Positions 1 through 10,458 of a stretch of DNA of 64,000 nt are shown here, piece after piece (position 1 is the stretch's first letter; each line of letters starts with the position of its first letter). The position numbers were made by a program, and so were the translations under genes. This DNA is from an uncultured Planctomycetaceae bacterium (lineage in GTDB: Bacteria > Planctomycetota > Planctomycetia > Planctomycetales > Planctomycetaceae): the NCBI GenBank assembly GCA_963815195.1, contig CAWFGE010000013.1, forward strand, positions 96,001 to 160,000. Direction: 5' to 3'. Below the pieces are notes generated by a model. That model saw only the letters and a list, made by a program, of their open reading frames with translations. It searched no databases and was not told where the DNA came from.

Positions 1-201
1 GTCGGTGAGCCGGTAGGTAAACGGAGCCTGCCAGGCTTGAACGGCGAGAAGAATCAGCAAAATCGCCAGCGCGCACAGGCCCAGCCGCAACAGCGTTTCG
101 CGGTTTCGGAACGTCAAATGAAACCAGCGCATGGCCTTCGAGGCCGGCCTCAATGTGGCCGCTCGGGCTGTTCGCGTTTTTTTGGGGGCGAACAACGGCA
201 T
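1..201 (-). CDS. N-terminus of a membrane protein running off the window edge; probably the 7TM-HD (HDIG) phosphohydrolase that commonly follows phoH
   Basis: Manual translation from ATG at 201: MPLFAPKKTRTARAATLRPASKAMRWFHLTFRNRETLLRLGLCALAILLILLAVQAWQAPFTYRLTD, open to position 1, with one hydrophobic helix. Product inferred from position downstream of phoH only. Confidence 0.55.
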   Translation of the reverse strand, partial: MPLFAPKKTRTARAATLRPASKAMRWFHLTFRNRETLLRLGLCALAILLILLAVQAWQAPFTYRLTD

Positions 202-297
202 AATCCGCCTCAAAACCTGAGGCCCAGGACTCCCATTCCGAGAACTTTTAACATTCAGCGAAACCAGAGGGCTCACGCCCCCGGCTCGCCTTGGAAT

Positions 298-1263
298 CTA
301 TTTCTTGCGAGACTTCCCGCGATGGGAACTCTCGTCGTAGGCTTTCACAATTTCCCGGACCAGGCGGTGCCGGACGATGTCGCGGCCCGTCAGTTCCACC
401 ACCCCGACGCCGTCGATGCCCTGCAACCGGCGGACAGCATCCGTCATCCCGCTGGGCGTTTGTTGGGGCAGGTCCAATTGGGTAATGTCCCCCGTGACCA
501 CAATCTTGGAGTCCGTTCCCATGCGTGTCAAGAACATCTTCATTTGGGTGATGGTGGTGTTTTGTCCTTCATCCAGGATGATAAATGTCTCATTGAGCGT
601 CCGCCCCCGCATGAACGCGAGCGGCACGATCTCGATGACATCGTTCTCCATATAGCGTTTGACCTGCTCGAAGTCGAGGATGTCGTGCAGGGCATCCAGC
701 AAAGGCCTTAAATACGGATTGACCTTCGCGAGCATGTCGCCGGGCAAAAACCCCAACCGCTCGCCCGCTTCGACCGCCGGGCGGACGAGGACGATTTTGC
801 GGACGCGTTCGGTGCGGAGGGCGTGAATCGCCATCGCCACAGAAAGATACGTCTTGCCGCATCCCGCCGGTCCGAAACAAAACACCAGGTCGTTTTGCTG
901 GATGGTTTGCACATACTCCGCCTGGCCGGGCGTGCGCGGATGCACCCTTTTGGCCCGTTCGAACACGTCGATCGCGTGCTCATTCAGCGGCCCTTCCGAC
1001 CCCGTGCCGGTGACTTGCCGAATCACCCGGGTGACATCTTCGTCCTTGATGTGGCCTTTCCGCTCCAAGACGGACTTCAATTCCGCAAACACCTCCATGC
1101 CCTGGCGGATCTCGTCGCCTTGGCCGTGGAGCTGGATTTCCTCCCCGCGAACGACCACATCCACGCCCACGGCATCGCGAATTTGCCGCAAATACCGGTC
1201 CTGGGCACCAAACAGGGCCAGGATTTGATTGTGGTTCGCAAACGTGATCGTCGATTCAGACAT
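298..1263 (-). CDS. phoH: PhoH-like ATPase
   Basis: GPAGCGKT Walker A plus RPAVEAGERLGFLPGD, FMRGRTL, LDEGQN and GDITQLDL motifs. Start may instead be ATG at 1296. Confidence 0.95.
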   Translation of the reverse strand: MSESTITFANHNQILALFGAQDRYLRQIRDAVGVDVVVRGEEIQLHGQGDEIRQGMEVFAELKSVLERKGHIKDEDVTRVIRQVTGTGSEGPLNEHAIDVFERAKRVHPRTPGQAEYVQTIQQNDLVFCFGPAGCGKTYLSVAMAIHALRTERVRKIVLVRPAVEAGERLGFLPGDMLAKVNPYLRPLLDALHDILDFEQVKRYMENDVIEIVPLAFMRGRTLNETFIILDEGQNTTITQMKMFLTRMGTDSKIVVTGDITQLDLPQQTPSGMTDAVRRLQGIDGVGVVELTGRDIVRHRLVREIVKAYDESSHRGKSRKK

Positions 1264-1566
1264 AAGCTCGGCATCGCCGAAGGTGTGTTCTGCCATCGTA
1301 AAACTCGTGTTTGGGTGAAGCAAAAATCGGGCCTCAATCACCAAGACACGAAGAAACTCCTTCTTGTTCGTGATGCCAGTATTTTATCTGCGGATCGGCC
1401 CCCAGAGAAGCGGCCTGTCCGCGGATGCCGAACAAATGCTCCAATCTGTATGTGTTAACTTCGTCCGTCTAAGAAGGTTGCGGCGAATGGGCAAAGTTGA
1501 GCGGCCTTGGGACATCCGGGAGTTTCCCACGAAAATCTTGTGACAAATCCGATTTCTTCCCACGAA

Positions 1567-1630
1567 AATCCCAAATCCCAATCTCGCAATCCGAAACAAA
1601 TCCCAATGACTGAAATTCCAATCTCCAAAC
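1567..1630. repeat. 7-bp-period intergenic repeat (aaatccc/aaatccg type)
   Basis: aaatcccaaatcccaatctcgcaatccgaaacaaatcccaatgactgaaattccaatctccaaac aligns by eye with the reverse complement of 15568-15631. Confidence 0.7.
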
Positions 1631-1852
1631 CCCCAGCGTGGTGTGATTTATGAACGGAGGGATTAGTTGGGGGCATTCGAAGTTTGGGGTTTTGTCGCGA
1701 TTCGGCCTGGAATGCCGATTGAGCCGGTGGAAATCAAGATTCCGATTCCGCCGGGCCGATAACAACGAAACGAAAGGTCCCGCTGCCGGCGTCACCACGC
1801 TGCGCACCGGGGCCGGTTCCGATCCGCGACCGCTGCATGAGAGAGGTATTCC

Positions 1853-3928
1853 GTGATGTATCAATCGCAGTTTGGACTTTCCCGCCGGCCGTTTTCCTCC
1901 ACGCCCGACCCGACCTGCGTGGTGCCCGTCGGCGGAATGCCCGAAGCGATTTCCGAACTGGAGCACTGCGCCTTAGGCGGCCAGGGCATTGGGATTCTCA
2001 CCGCGCCGGCCGGCTTGGGGAAAACCGTCCTCTGCCGCAAACTGGCCGAAGAACTCCGCCGGCAATTCGCGGTCGTGTTTTTGGCCAACGCCAACTTTCC
2101 CACCCGCCGGTCGCTGCTTCAGGCGATCTTGTATGAAATGGGGCACCCCTACCTCCGGCTGGGCGAACAGGAACTCCGGCTGGAGTTCACCACCGCCGTC
2201 CGCGATCTGTATCCCGACCGGGCGGGTTTAGTCATCATCATCGACGAAGCCCATTTGCTGCACAATCGCCTGTTGGAAGAACTCCGCACCGCGACGCATC
2301 TGGTCCACGACGGCGAAATGCTCGTGCGGCTGATCCTCAGCGGACAGTTGGAACTCGAAGAAGCGCTCGTCAAAAAAGACCTCGCCGCCATTAACCAGCG
2401 GATCGTCTGCCACAGCACGCTCTCGTCCTTGTCGATGCTGGAATCGCAGGAGTACCTGGAACAGCGGATCGAATGGACCGGCGGAAATCTGGATCAGATT
2501 TTCAAAGCCGATGCCGTGCGGATGATCTGCCAGGCCAGCGACGGAAACGCCCGTTGCCTGAACCAATTGGCCGACCACGGTTTGCTGCTCGCGGCCGCCG
2601 GAAACGAAGCCCGCGTCACGACGGCTCATGTGCTCGAAGCCTTGGAGGAACTCCAGCAGTTGCCGCTGCACTGGAATCAGGTGGACGTGCCCGATACGGC
2701 CGAATCCCCCCGCACCGAAGTCGTGGAAATCATTTGCGGCGATGCGGAAGAAGTACCAGACGCCGCCGAGGATCAACCATCGTCGGCAACCGCCTGCTTC
2801 GAGTTTGGTGGTTCCGATGAACCGGAAGAAGCCCTATCCGAAACGACCGAGGACATCGAACTGTCTTGGGATGAAGACTTGGCGGAACCGGTTGAGAAGG
2901 AACGATTTGCCTGCTTACCGCCCAAGCCGACGGCGTCGCTGTCGGAACCGGCGCCCGAGGCGTCCGCTTGGGAAGCAGAACTCTCAAAATCGCCCGTCGC
3001 GGATCTCTGGATGGAGGAACCGCGGCCGTTCGATGACGAGGAAAGGGTCGTCGATTATTATGCCGCCCTCGATGCCGGCAGCCTGCCGGACTTGGGCCTT
3101 CGCGAGACGCGGGATTGGGATGGCTGGGATCCGGTGGAGGAACTGCGGGCGGAAGAAGACGCATTGGAGATGCTTCTGCCTCCATCCATCTCGCCGGACC
3201 CGCCGATCATCCATGCCATTCCCGAACCGGGGGAAGAATGGCAGCCCGAAGACATCATCCTGGCAAAAGAACTAGAAGACTCGGCTCCGATGGTGATCGC
3301 CGATCCGATGTTCGAAGCGATTCTCAGCGAGTTCGCATTGGAGCTTGGATCGGACCGTTCCCAAATCCCAGCCCAAGCCGAAGCGCCCTTCCTCGTCGTC
3401 GATTCCTCGCATTGGGAAGAGGAATCGCGGGATGCGGACACCGGCGAATACGTCCTGCCCGCCGGTTCGGAAAAAGGCTCCCCCGATTTGGAAGAGCAGA
3501 TCGCCCGCACGGTGTTGGATACCTACATGGACATCCAACCGCTGCTCTGGGATTCGATGGCGGAGGATGATGCCGACGCATCTCCCTGCGTCCCGTTCCC
3601 GCGCACTTCCGGCGAGGAGCCGATTCTCGAGCCCGGCGATTCCACGCCGTTCGATGAACTCCGCAAGAGCTTGGAACAAGCCGTGGAAGCAACCAAGCCG
3701 GCGAGCGAACTGATCGAAAACAAACCGGCTCCGGCCGAGGAAGCTCCCGAAACAGAGCCTCCTTCCCAGATCGAATACGACATCGTGCTTCCGGAACCTG
3801 ATGACGAGGAATCTCCCGCCGCCGCGGTTGCCAGAACCGATGCGGCGGATCCGGGCGAACGCGGCAGCCACGCCGCCCAGCGTCCGTACAAACACCTCTT
3901 CAGCAAGATCCGCCGCAATTTCGAGTGA
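1853..3928 (+). CDS. ExeA/GspA-family AAA ATPase with long acidic C-terminal extension
   Basis: N-terminal YQSQFGLSRRPFSSTPDP, Walker A APAGLGKT, Walker B IIIDEAH, LILSGQLEL. After about residue 270 the protein is Glu/Asp/Pro-rich. Confidence 0.85.
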   Translation: MMYQSQFGLSRRPFSSTPDPTCVVPVGGMPEAISELEHCALGGQGIGILTAPAGLGKTVLCRKLAEELRRQFAVVFLANANFPTRRSLLQAILYEMGHPYLRLGEQELRLEFTTAVRDLYPDRAGLVIIIDEAHLLHNRLLEELRTATHLVHDGEMLVRLILSGQLELEEALVKKDLAAINQRIVCHSTLSSLSMLESQEYLEQRIEWTGGNLDQIFKADAVRMICQASDGNARCLNQLADHGLLLAAAGNEARVTTAHVLEALEELQQLPLHWNQVDVPDTAESPRTEVVEIICGDAEEVPDAAEDQPSSATACFEFGGSDEPEEALSETTEDIELSWDEDLAEPVEKERFACLPPKPTASLSEPAPEASAWEAELSKSPVADLWMEEPRPFDDEERVVDYYAALDAGSLPDLGLRETRDWDGWDPVEELRAEEDALEMLLPPSISPDPPIIHAIPEPGEEWQPEDIILAKELEDSAPMVIADPMFEAILSEFALELGSDRSQIPAQAEAPFLVVDSSHWEEESRDADTGEYVLPAGSEKGSPDLEEQIARTVLDTYMDIQPLLWDSMAEDDADASPCVPFPRTSGEEPILEPGDSTPFDELRKSLEQAVEATKPASELIENKPAPAEEAPETEPPSQIEYDIVLPEPDDEESPAAAVARTDAADPGERGSHAAQRPYKHLFSKIRRNFE

Positions 3929-3938
3929 GAACCGAAGC

Positions 3939-4763
3939 CTATTCTGTCTTCCCGGCGGGTTTGAACGCCTGCCGCAAGTCGAGCGGATAATCGGTGAGGA
4001 TCGCATCGATGCCCGCGTCGGCCGATTGCCGCCAGTTGGCGGGCAGGTTGCCGCTGACCGTGGGCCCGGCGATGAACACCGGCTTTTTCGCCCGACGCGC
4101 GGCTTCGATCTGGTCCCGCGTCGGCACGAACCGCACGTAAACCCAATTCGCCCCGGCATCGGCCACGGCGGCCGGGAACTCCTCGGCGGTGTTCGCCAAC
4201 CGGGCGACTTGGGCTTTCGCATCGGCTTTCAACAGCTTCCGCCGCACCGCCGGCTCCGTGATCGTGCGGCCGATGAACAGCAGCCGCTCCAGCACGCGAT
4301 GCCGATTCGCCAGCTGCACCACATCCTCTTCGACGTTCTCCGCTTTGAAGTCGACGGCGATCAACACGTTCTGCCGACGATGTTCGCCCACCAACTTCAA
4401 CACCTCATCCACGGTGGGCACCTTCTCCCCGGCGAACAGCGGATCGAACCACCGGCCCGCATCGAGCTTGCGAATCTCTGCAAGCGTCATCTCCGAAACG
4501 GAGCCGCGTCCGCCGGTGGTGCGGTTGACGGTGTCATCGTGAAGGCAAACCAGCGCCCCATCTTTCGTTCGCCGAACGTCGAACTCGAACCCGATCCGCA
4601 ATGCCAGGCAGGCCCGAAAATTGGCGAGCGTGTTTTCGGGAGCATCCCGCAAGAGTCCCCGATGCCCGACAACGAAAACCCCCGCCGGCTCCGCCGCGCG
4701 GGAAACGAACGGCACACCCAACAGGCACAACCAAAGTCCAAATCGCAATTGCCAACGCATCAT
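3939..4763 (-). CDS. Glycerophosphodiester phosphodiesterase family protein, secreted
   Basis: Signal peptide, then GHRG, PENTL, EFDVRRTKDG and HDDTVNRTT motifs. Confidence 0.9.
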   Translation of the reverse strand: MMRWQLRFGLWLCLLGVPFVSRAAEPAGVFVVGHRGLLRDAPENTLANFRACLALRIGFEFDVRRTKDGALVCLHDDTVNRTTGGRGSVSEMTLAEIRKLDAGRWFDPLFAGEKVPTVDEVLKLVGEHRRQNVLIAVDFKAENVEEDVVQLANRHRVLERLLFIGRTITEPAVRRKLLKADAKAQVARLANTAEEFPAAVADAGANWVYVRFVPTRDQIEAARRAKKPVFIAGPTVSGNLPANWRQSADAGIDAILTDYPLDLRQAFKPAGKTE

Positions 4764-4823
4764 CCAACCGCTTTCTCGATTCGTGTGATTCGTGGTTGTT
4801 CCGGTACTTCCATCGCGCCCCGA

Positions 4824-5921
4824 TCAAGACACCGCTTTCGCCACCTGGTCGGAAACGAGTTGCCGAGGATGTGGGGTGACGGCTCGGCCGGGCAGCGTGG
4901 TCAATACGATGCAGATCGCATCGGCCCTGGGATCGGCCCAGGCGAGCGTGCCCGTCGATCCCGTATGTCCGAAGGTGTTCCCGGAGCATTTCGGGCAGCC
5001 GGCCTGGTTCTGGAATCCAAAGCCCAAGCCGCGGGGCGTGAGGCCGGGCTTGTTGTGGTTTTGAATCATCAGCTTCGCCGTTTCCACGGAGAGCATCTTG
5101 CCGTCGGGATGCAAAAAGGCGTTCAGAAATCGTCCCACATTCGGGGCCGAGCAATGGGCCGTGCCCCACGGCGCGCCGAGTTTCCGCCAATACAGGCTGT
5201 TCCAATCCCAGGTCTTCGCGGAGGGATCGCCCGCGCCGGATTCCACGGCCGCCTTCTCCGTTTGGGCTTTCATAAAATCCTTGAGCTCAAACCGCCCCAG
5301 ACCGAGGGCGGAGCGCTTCATCTCCAAGGGCTGAAACACCACTTCGTCGATGAACTTCAAGAAATCCATCCCGCTGATCCGCCGGGCGATTTCCGACGCG
5401 AGCAAAATCGCCATGCTGGAATACGAATACTTGGCGCCGGGCGAAAACAACAGCGGCGTGCGGACGGCGTGCTTCACAAATTCGGGCAGCGGGGCGTGGC
5501 TTTTTCGCAGGTCCGCATTTTCGGGCAGTTGGTCGGGGAGACCGGAAACGTGCGTGAGCAGTTGCCGAACCGTGATCCGCTCCCGCCCGCCGCTGGCGAA
5601 CTCCGGCAGGAATTTTTTCGCCGGGTCATCGAGCTGAAATTTCCCTCTGTCGTAAAGCGTCATGAGTGCCGCGACCGACATAGGTTTTGAAATCGACCCC
5701 AACAGAAACATCTCCTCGGTGGACTTCGCGGTGCCGAAGGATTTTTCCAAGGTGTCCTTTCCCCGCTGAATGAACAGCGAAGCCCCCGCGACTTGCCCGC
5801 TCTTCGTGGCCTCGTTCAAAATCTGCACCGCGGCGTCCCAGCGATTCTCATTCACCGCCCCCAACAATCGCCCGGCGCAGATCGTTCCCAACCCGCAATA
5901 AAGAAAATCACGTCGTCGCAT
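4824..5921 (-). CDS. Serine hydrolase (beta-lactamase class C-like family), Tat-type leader
   Basis: MRRRDFL leader, SISK (SxxK), LLTHVSG, YSS and FGHTGSTG motifs. Confidence 0.88.
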   Translation of the reverse strand: MRRRDFLYCGLGTICAGRLLGAVNENRWDAAVQILNEATKSGQVAGASLFIQRGKDTLEKSFGTAKSTEEMFLLGSISKPMSVAALMTLYDRGKFQLDDPAKKFLPEFASGGRERITVRQLLTHVSGLPDQLPENADLRKSHAPLPEFVKHAVRTPLLFSPGAKYSYSSMAILLASEIARRISGMDFLKFIDEVVFQPLEMKRSALGLGRFELKDFMKAQTEKAAVESGAGDPSAKTWDWNSLYWRKLGAPWGTAHCSAPNVGRFLNAFLHPDGKMLSVETAKLMIQNHNKPGLTPRGLGFGFQNQAGCPKCSGNTFGHTGSTGTLAWADPRADAICIVLTTLPGRAVTPHPRQLVSDQVAKAVS

Positions 5922-5962
5922 GATGTGGAGTCCTGATGTTTGAGGAAATGGAACAATACGTC

Positions 5963-6180
5963 CTGACACCTCTTGAAGAGCCGCGCACGCAGTAAGCGGT
6001 TTCCTGATGCCAGAAACTCAACCGGTTACCGCGTGCGCGGTTCTGGTTGAATTGGAACTGACACCTCTTGAAGAGCCGCGCACGCAGTAAGCGGTTTCCT
6101 GACGCCAGAAACTCAACCGGTTACCGCGTGCGCGGTTCTGGTTGAATTGGAACTCAACCGCTTACTGCGTGCGCGGCTCT
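5963..6180. repeat. Tandem 95-bp duplication of a REP doublet (GAGCCGCGCACGCAGTAAGCGG family) plus an extra inverted arm
   Basis: Units begin at 5963 and 6058 and differ at one base. The same REP pair occurs at 16844-16895. Confidence 0.9.
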
Positions 6181-6318
6181 TTTTACTTTTCAGTTAACTT
6201 CGCAGGGTTTTTCTGTCACTCGGGGTTGGATTATACTGCAAGCAACCTCAATTTCCGAACGGGCGGCGGGGACGAATCTCAATTCACTCACACTTTTTCC
6301 TTTCACAGCGGAGCAATC

Positions 6319-7804
6319 ATGACCCAGCACGATGTCTCACGACGAAATTTTCTCAAAACAACAAGTGCCGGCGCGGTGTCGGCGGCGGCGCTCGCGGGCC
6401 TGGCGTCGGCGGCGGAGGAATCCTCCAAAGCGGCCGACAGCAACGGAAAAATCCGCATCGGATTTGTCGGGCCGGGCGGGCGCGGCTTCGGAGCACACGT
6501 GAAGACCTTGTGCAAGCTGGAAAACGAAGGCCAACCCATCGAACTCGCCGCGGTCTGCGATGTGTATAGCGAGCACCGCGACCGGGCCGCCAATCACATC
6601 AAAAAATCGACCGGCAAAACACCCATCCAGTACGAAGACTTCCGCGAGATGTTCGCCCGCGAAAAGCTCGACGCCGTGTGCATCGCCACGCCCGACCATT
6701 GGCACGCGATCCAGACCATCGAAGCCTTGAACGCGGGGCTCAACGTGTACTGCGAAAAACCGATGACGAAAACCGTCGACGAGGCGGTCCGCGTGATGAA
6801 GACCTGGCAGAAAACCGGCCGGGTGATGCAAGTCGGCGTGCAATCCACCAGCCTGCCGGTGTGGAAGACGGTCAATCAACTGCTGCAAGCCGGGAAGCTC
6901 GGCAAGGTGCTGATGTATCAGACCGAGTTCTTCCGCAACTCCGCGATGGGCCAATGGCGGTATTACAAGCTCACCGAGAACATGTCGCCCCGCACGATCA
7001 ACTGGAAGAAATGGCTCGGCGTCGAGGAAGGGCTCGCCGAGGCGATCCCGTTCGACCGGGCCGTGTACGCCCAGTGGCGGAGGTTCTGGCCGTTCGGTTC
7101 GGGCATGTTTACCGACCTGTTCGTGCACCGCACGACTTCGATGCTGAAAGCCACCGGCCTCCGGTTTCCCGGCCGGGTCGTCGGGGGCGGCGGGATTCTT
7201 TTTGGAATACGACGGCCGGGACGTGCCGGACGTGGCGACCGTCGTCGCGGACTTCAACGAAGGCGTGCAAGGCATGGTCACCGCGACGATGGCCTGCCAG
7301 GAGACGCCCATCCGCCAGTTGATCCGCGGGCATTTTGGCTCGTTTGTGTTCGGCAACGGCGAGCAGTTCGAGGATTTCCAGTTCATCCCCGAACGCCCGC
7401 AGGTCACCCGCGACAGCAAGCTCAAGGAAGAGGTGATTCAAGCGGGCAACGTGCCCAACACGACTCACGCCCATTTCAAGAACTGGATCGAAGCCATAGA
7501 GGCGAACGATCCCCAGATGTGCAACAACCCGGCCGACCTGGGGGCGGCTGCGCTGTCGACGGTTATTCTCGGAGCCCAAAGCTACCGGGAAGGCAAGGTG
7601 TTCCATTTCGATACGGATACGCTCACCGTCCACGAAGGCGGCAGCGACTGGGCGAAGAAGTGGGAAGAAAAATCCAAGCGCCGCGAAAAGCCCAACCACA
7701 TCGCCGGCTGGAAAGCCGGCGACCGCGGCAGCCTCTTGGAAGAGCCGGACTACATGAAGCTCGCCGGCCCGTGGGTCGACGGCAAAGATCCCGCGACGGC
7801 GTAA
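6319..7804 (+). CDS. Gfo/Idh/MocA-family oxidoreductase with Tat signal (frameshift near 7200)
   Basis: SRRNFLK leader, IGFVGPGGRG, IATPDHWH and YCEKP motifs. The C-terminal half continues in ORF 7202-7804 after a T-run at 7199-7203. Confidence 0.88.
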
Positions 7805-7821
7805 ACCGGGGTTTGAAAACA

Positions 7822-7901
7822 TGAGCGGTAGGCGCTAGCCTCCGGTTTTGAGGAAGCGTCGTTTCCAAAGACAAAGCCGGCGGCTAGCGCCGAGCCGCTC
7901 A
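7822..7901. repeat. REPIN-like inverted pair, TGAGCGG..GGCGCTAGCCGCCGG family
   Basis: tgagcggtaggcgctagcctccgg ... ccggcggctagcgccgagccgctca. Confidence 0.85.
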
Positions 7902-7911
7902 CATTGCACAA

Positions 7912-7977
7912 CAGAGCCGCGAAGCGGCGCGAGCAGCCCTCCGCTCAACGGGTTGCCGCCGCCGCTTCGCGGCTCTC
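7912..7977. repeat. Inverted repeat of a second REP-like family
   Basis: agagccgcgaagcggcg ... cgccgcttcgcggctct. Confidence 0.65.
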
Positions 7978-8143
7978 GCCATTTGCCCGGGATTGCAGGG
8001 ATTTCACAGATCGATCAAGATGAAGGTTCCGATCGGGCCCGAGTGGAAGGGTGAGCGGATCTTGCTATCCTCTAACCTCCCTCTTCCATCCTCCCCGGCT
8101 GTGCTTGTTGATCTTGTCAAAAATGAAACCATAGAAAGCGAAC

Positions 8144-8848
8144 ATGTCCCTCGTATTGGATTCGGTGCGAAAAACCTACCGCGAACCGGACGGGAGCCGG
8201 TTTGAGGTTTTGAATATCGATCGGTTTGAACTCCGCGACGGCGAGCAGGTGGTGCTCGTGGGATCGAGCGGCGGCGGCAAGACGACGCTCTTGAACATCA
8301 TTGCCGGCATCAGCTCGCCCGACAGCGGCCGCGTGGAAGTCGACGGCATCGACATCACGACGCTGCCCGAAGTCCACCGCGACCGCCTCAGGGCGCAGCG
8401 GATCGGGTTTGTGTTTCAGACGTTCAATCTGCTGCCTGCGTTTACGGCGCTCGAAAACGTGCTGTTGGGCATGAGCTTCTCCGGCCGCGGGGCCGACCAA
8501 AAGCGGGCCAAAGATTTGCTCGCTCGGGTCGGGTTGTCGCATCGGCTGACGCATCGGCCCAGCCATCTTTCGGTGGGCGAGCAGCAGCGGGTCGCGGTCG
8601 CGCGGGCCTTGGCGAACTCCCCTTCGCTGCTTTTGGCGGATGAGCCGACGGCGAACGTGGATGTCGCCAACCAGGATAAAATCCTCACGCTGATCCGCGA
8701 CGCCTGCACCGAGCACAACGTGTCACTGTTGATGGTCACGCATGCCCCCGAGGTCGCCGGGCAGTTCGATCGCGTGGAGAAGCTGCAAGAGTTCAACAAA
8801 GCCGTCCGCCCGGAAGCCGCGGCCGCGGGAGAGGAGGCCCAATCGTGA
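8144..8848 (+). CDS. ABC transporter ATP-binding protein (LolD/MacB-like)
   Basis: GSSGGGKT, IGFVFQTFNL, LSVGEQQRVAVARAL, LADEPT and VTH motifs. Confidence 0.95.
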   Translation: MSLVLDSVRKTYREPDGSRFEVLNIDRFELRDGEQVVLVGSSGGGKTTLLNIIAGISSPDSGRVEVDGIDITTLPEVHRDRLRAQRIGFVFQTFNLLPAFTALENVLLGMSFSGRGADQKRAKDLLARVGLSHRLTHRPSHLSVGEQQRVAVARALANSPSLLLADEPTANVDVANQDKILTLIRDACTEHNVSLLMVTHAPEVAGQFDRVEKLQEFNKAVRPEAAAAGEEAQS

Positions 8849-10158
8849 ACGTGATGACGATCGCCCTCAAGAGCATCAAACAGCGGCTGCTCGCGTCGTC
8901 GCTGACCGGCTTGAGCGTGGCCTTGGGCGTGATGCTGATGGTCGGCGTGCTGGTGGCATACAGCGTCATCGGCGAAGCCTTCCAGCAGCGGACCATCGGT
9001 TACGATCTGGTCGTGGGCCGGCAGGGGAGCGATATTCAACTCGTCCTCAGCACGGTTTACCGCATCGGCAATCCCCCCGCCAATTTGCCTTACCGGTATT
9101 ATCTCGAGCTCAAAAACGACCCGCTGGTCCAAGACGCCGTGCCCATCACGATGGGCGACACGACCCAGGAAGGCGGTTTTCCGATCGTGGGCACGATCCG
9201 CGAATACTTCGACGTCGAATACGCCCCGGGCCGGAAGTTTTTTATGAAAGGCCCCGGCTTTATCGAGTCGTTCGACGCGGTCATCGGCTCTCGAGTCGCC
9301 AGGGAAAACCACTGGACCGTCGATGATCCCAACACGCCGGAAGACGAAGCGACCACCTTCAAGTTGATCCACGGCGGCCAGGACGCGGCCGGCGGCGGGC
9401 ACGTGCACAACGAGAAATTCCGCGTCAACGGAATTCTCCAAGAGACCGGCACCGCGAACGACCGCACGGTGTTTGTTTACTTGAGCGGGTTTTACGCCGT
9501 CTCCGGACACGAAACGCCGCTGGAAGAGGCCCAGGAACGGGAACGGCAATTCTACGGGAGCGAAGTGCCCCAGGTCGCCGACCCCGACGGCCCCTCGTCC
9601 ACCCATCTTGCCCAGAAGGAAGTCACCGCGATCCTTGTGCGGACCCGCACCCCCTCCTCCGCGGTGATGTTGTCCGGCAGCATGAAAAAAGGTCATAGAG
9701 CCCAGGCGGTCAACCCGATTCAAGTCATGTCGGAGTTGATGACCTTGCTGGTCGGAAACATCACGAACGCCTTGCTGTTTTTGACGGGGCTCGTGATTGT
9801 GGTGTCCGGGATCAGCATTTTCGTCAGCATTTACAACTCCATGTCCGACCGCAAGAAGGAAATCGCGATCATGCGCGCCCTGGGCGCCCAGCGGCGGACG
9901 GTGTTCGCCATCGTATTGACCGAATCGATTCTGTTGTGTTTTTGGGGAGGGATTCTCGGAGGAATTTTGGGGCACGCACTGGTGTTCATCGCGGCCCCGT
10001 TCGTGGAAAGCGCAACCGGGCTGATTATGAACCCCTGGGCGTTCCATCCCGCGGAAGTCGTCCTGCTGCCGGCGCTGATCGTGCTGGCGTCGCTGGTGGG
10101 CTTCATCCCCGGCATGACCGCCTACCGCACCGACGTCGCCCGCACTTTGGCGGACTAA
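8845..10158 (+). CDS. ABC transporter permease (FtsX/MacB type) with His-containing periplasmic loop
   Basis: One N-terminal TM helix, large periplasmic domain with HGGQDAAGGGHVHNE, EIAIMRALGA motif and three C-terminal TM helices. GTGA overlap with the ATPase gene. Confidence 0.9.
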   Translation: MNVMTIALKSIKQRLLASSLTGLSVALGVMLMVGVLVAYSVIGEAFQQRTIGYDLVVGRQGSDIQLVLSTVYRIGNPPANLPYRYYLELKNDPLVQDAVPITMGDTTQEGGFPIVGTIREYFDVEYAPGRKFFMKGPGFIESFDAVIGSRVARENHWTVDDPNTPEDEATTFKLIHGGQDAAGGGHVHNEKFRVNGILQETGTANDRTVFVYLSGFYAVSGHETPLEEAQERERQFYGSEVPQVADPDGPSSTHLAQKEVTAILVRTRTPSSAVMLSGSMKKGHRAQAVNPIQVMSELMTLLVGNITNALLFLTGLVIVVSGISIFVSIYNSMSDRKKEIAIMRALGAQRRTVFAIVLTESILLCFWGGILGGILGHALVFIAAPFVESATGLIMNPWAFHPAEVVLLPALIVLASLVGFIPGMTAYRTDVARTLAD

Positions 10159-10176
10159 ATCGGGTCATTTGAAACG

Positions 10177-10288
10177 TGAGCGGAACGGCGCCAGCCGCCG
10201 GTATTTGCGAGCGGCTGGCGCGTAGCCGCCGGCCTTGTCATATCCAAATTTCCGTTGAAGAGGCCGGGGGCTAGCGCCCTTCCGCTCA
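10177..10288. repeat. Composite REPIN (GCTAGC family)
   Basis: Two forward arms and one inverted arm. Near-identical, including the spacer, to 63872-63974. Confidence 0.85.
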
Positions 10289-10458
10289 GATTTTGTCCAA
10301 TCTCGGTTCCAACGCATCGGGGGATTTTGACGTAAATGAAAAACGAACGGCGGGGATGGAATCATTAGCGCGCTGTGTTATGATTAAAGAGCGCGGATTT
10401 TTTCCTTGTTCCCAATTCCTTCCGCCCGCGATCGCGCCTTCTGAGGATTGATCGAACC

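Noticed and set aside
1430..1441. GAACAAATGCTC upstream of phoH as a second SOS-like box
   Set aside because: One mismatch in the core, and no clear promoter context or repair function.
3801..5690. 629-aa plus-strand ORF (likewise 8416-10047, 20279-22216, 31175-32620, 61738-63714)
   Set aside because: Antisense shadows of well-supported genes, expected in high-GC DNA; no recognisable motifs.
5963..6180. Possible CRISPR array
   Set aside because: The would-be spacers are identical, the arms alternate in orientation, and there are no cas genes. It is a tandem REP duplication.
7190..7210. Programmed ribosomal frameshift in the oxidoreductase (and other split genes)
   Set aside because: No consistent slippery heptamer or stimulatory structure; the density of indels in unrelated genes points to sequence error.
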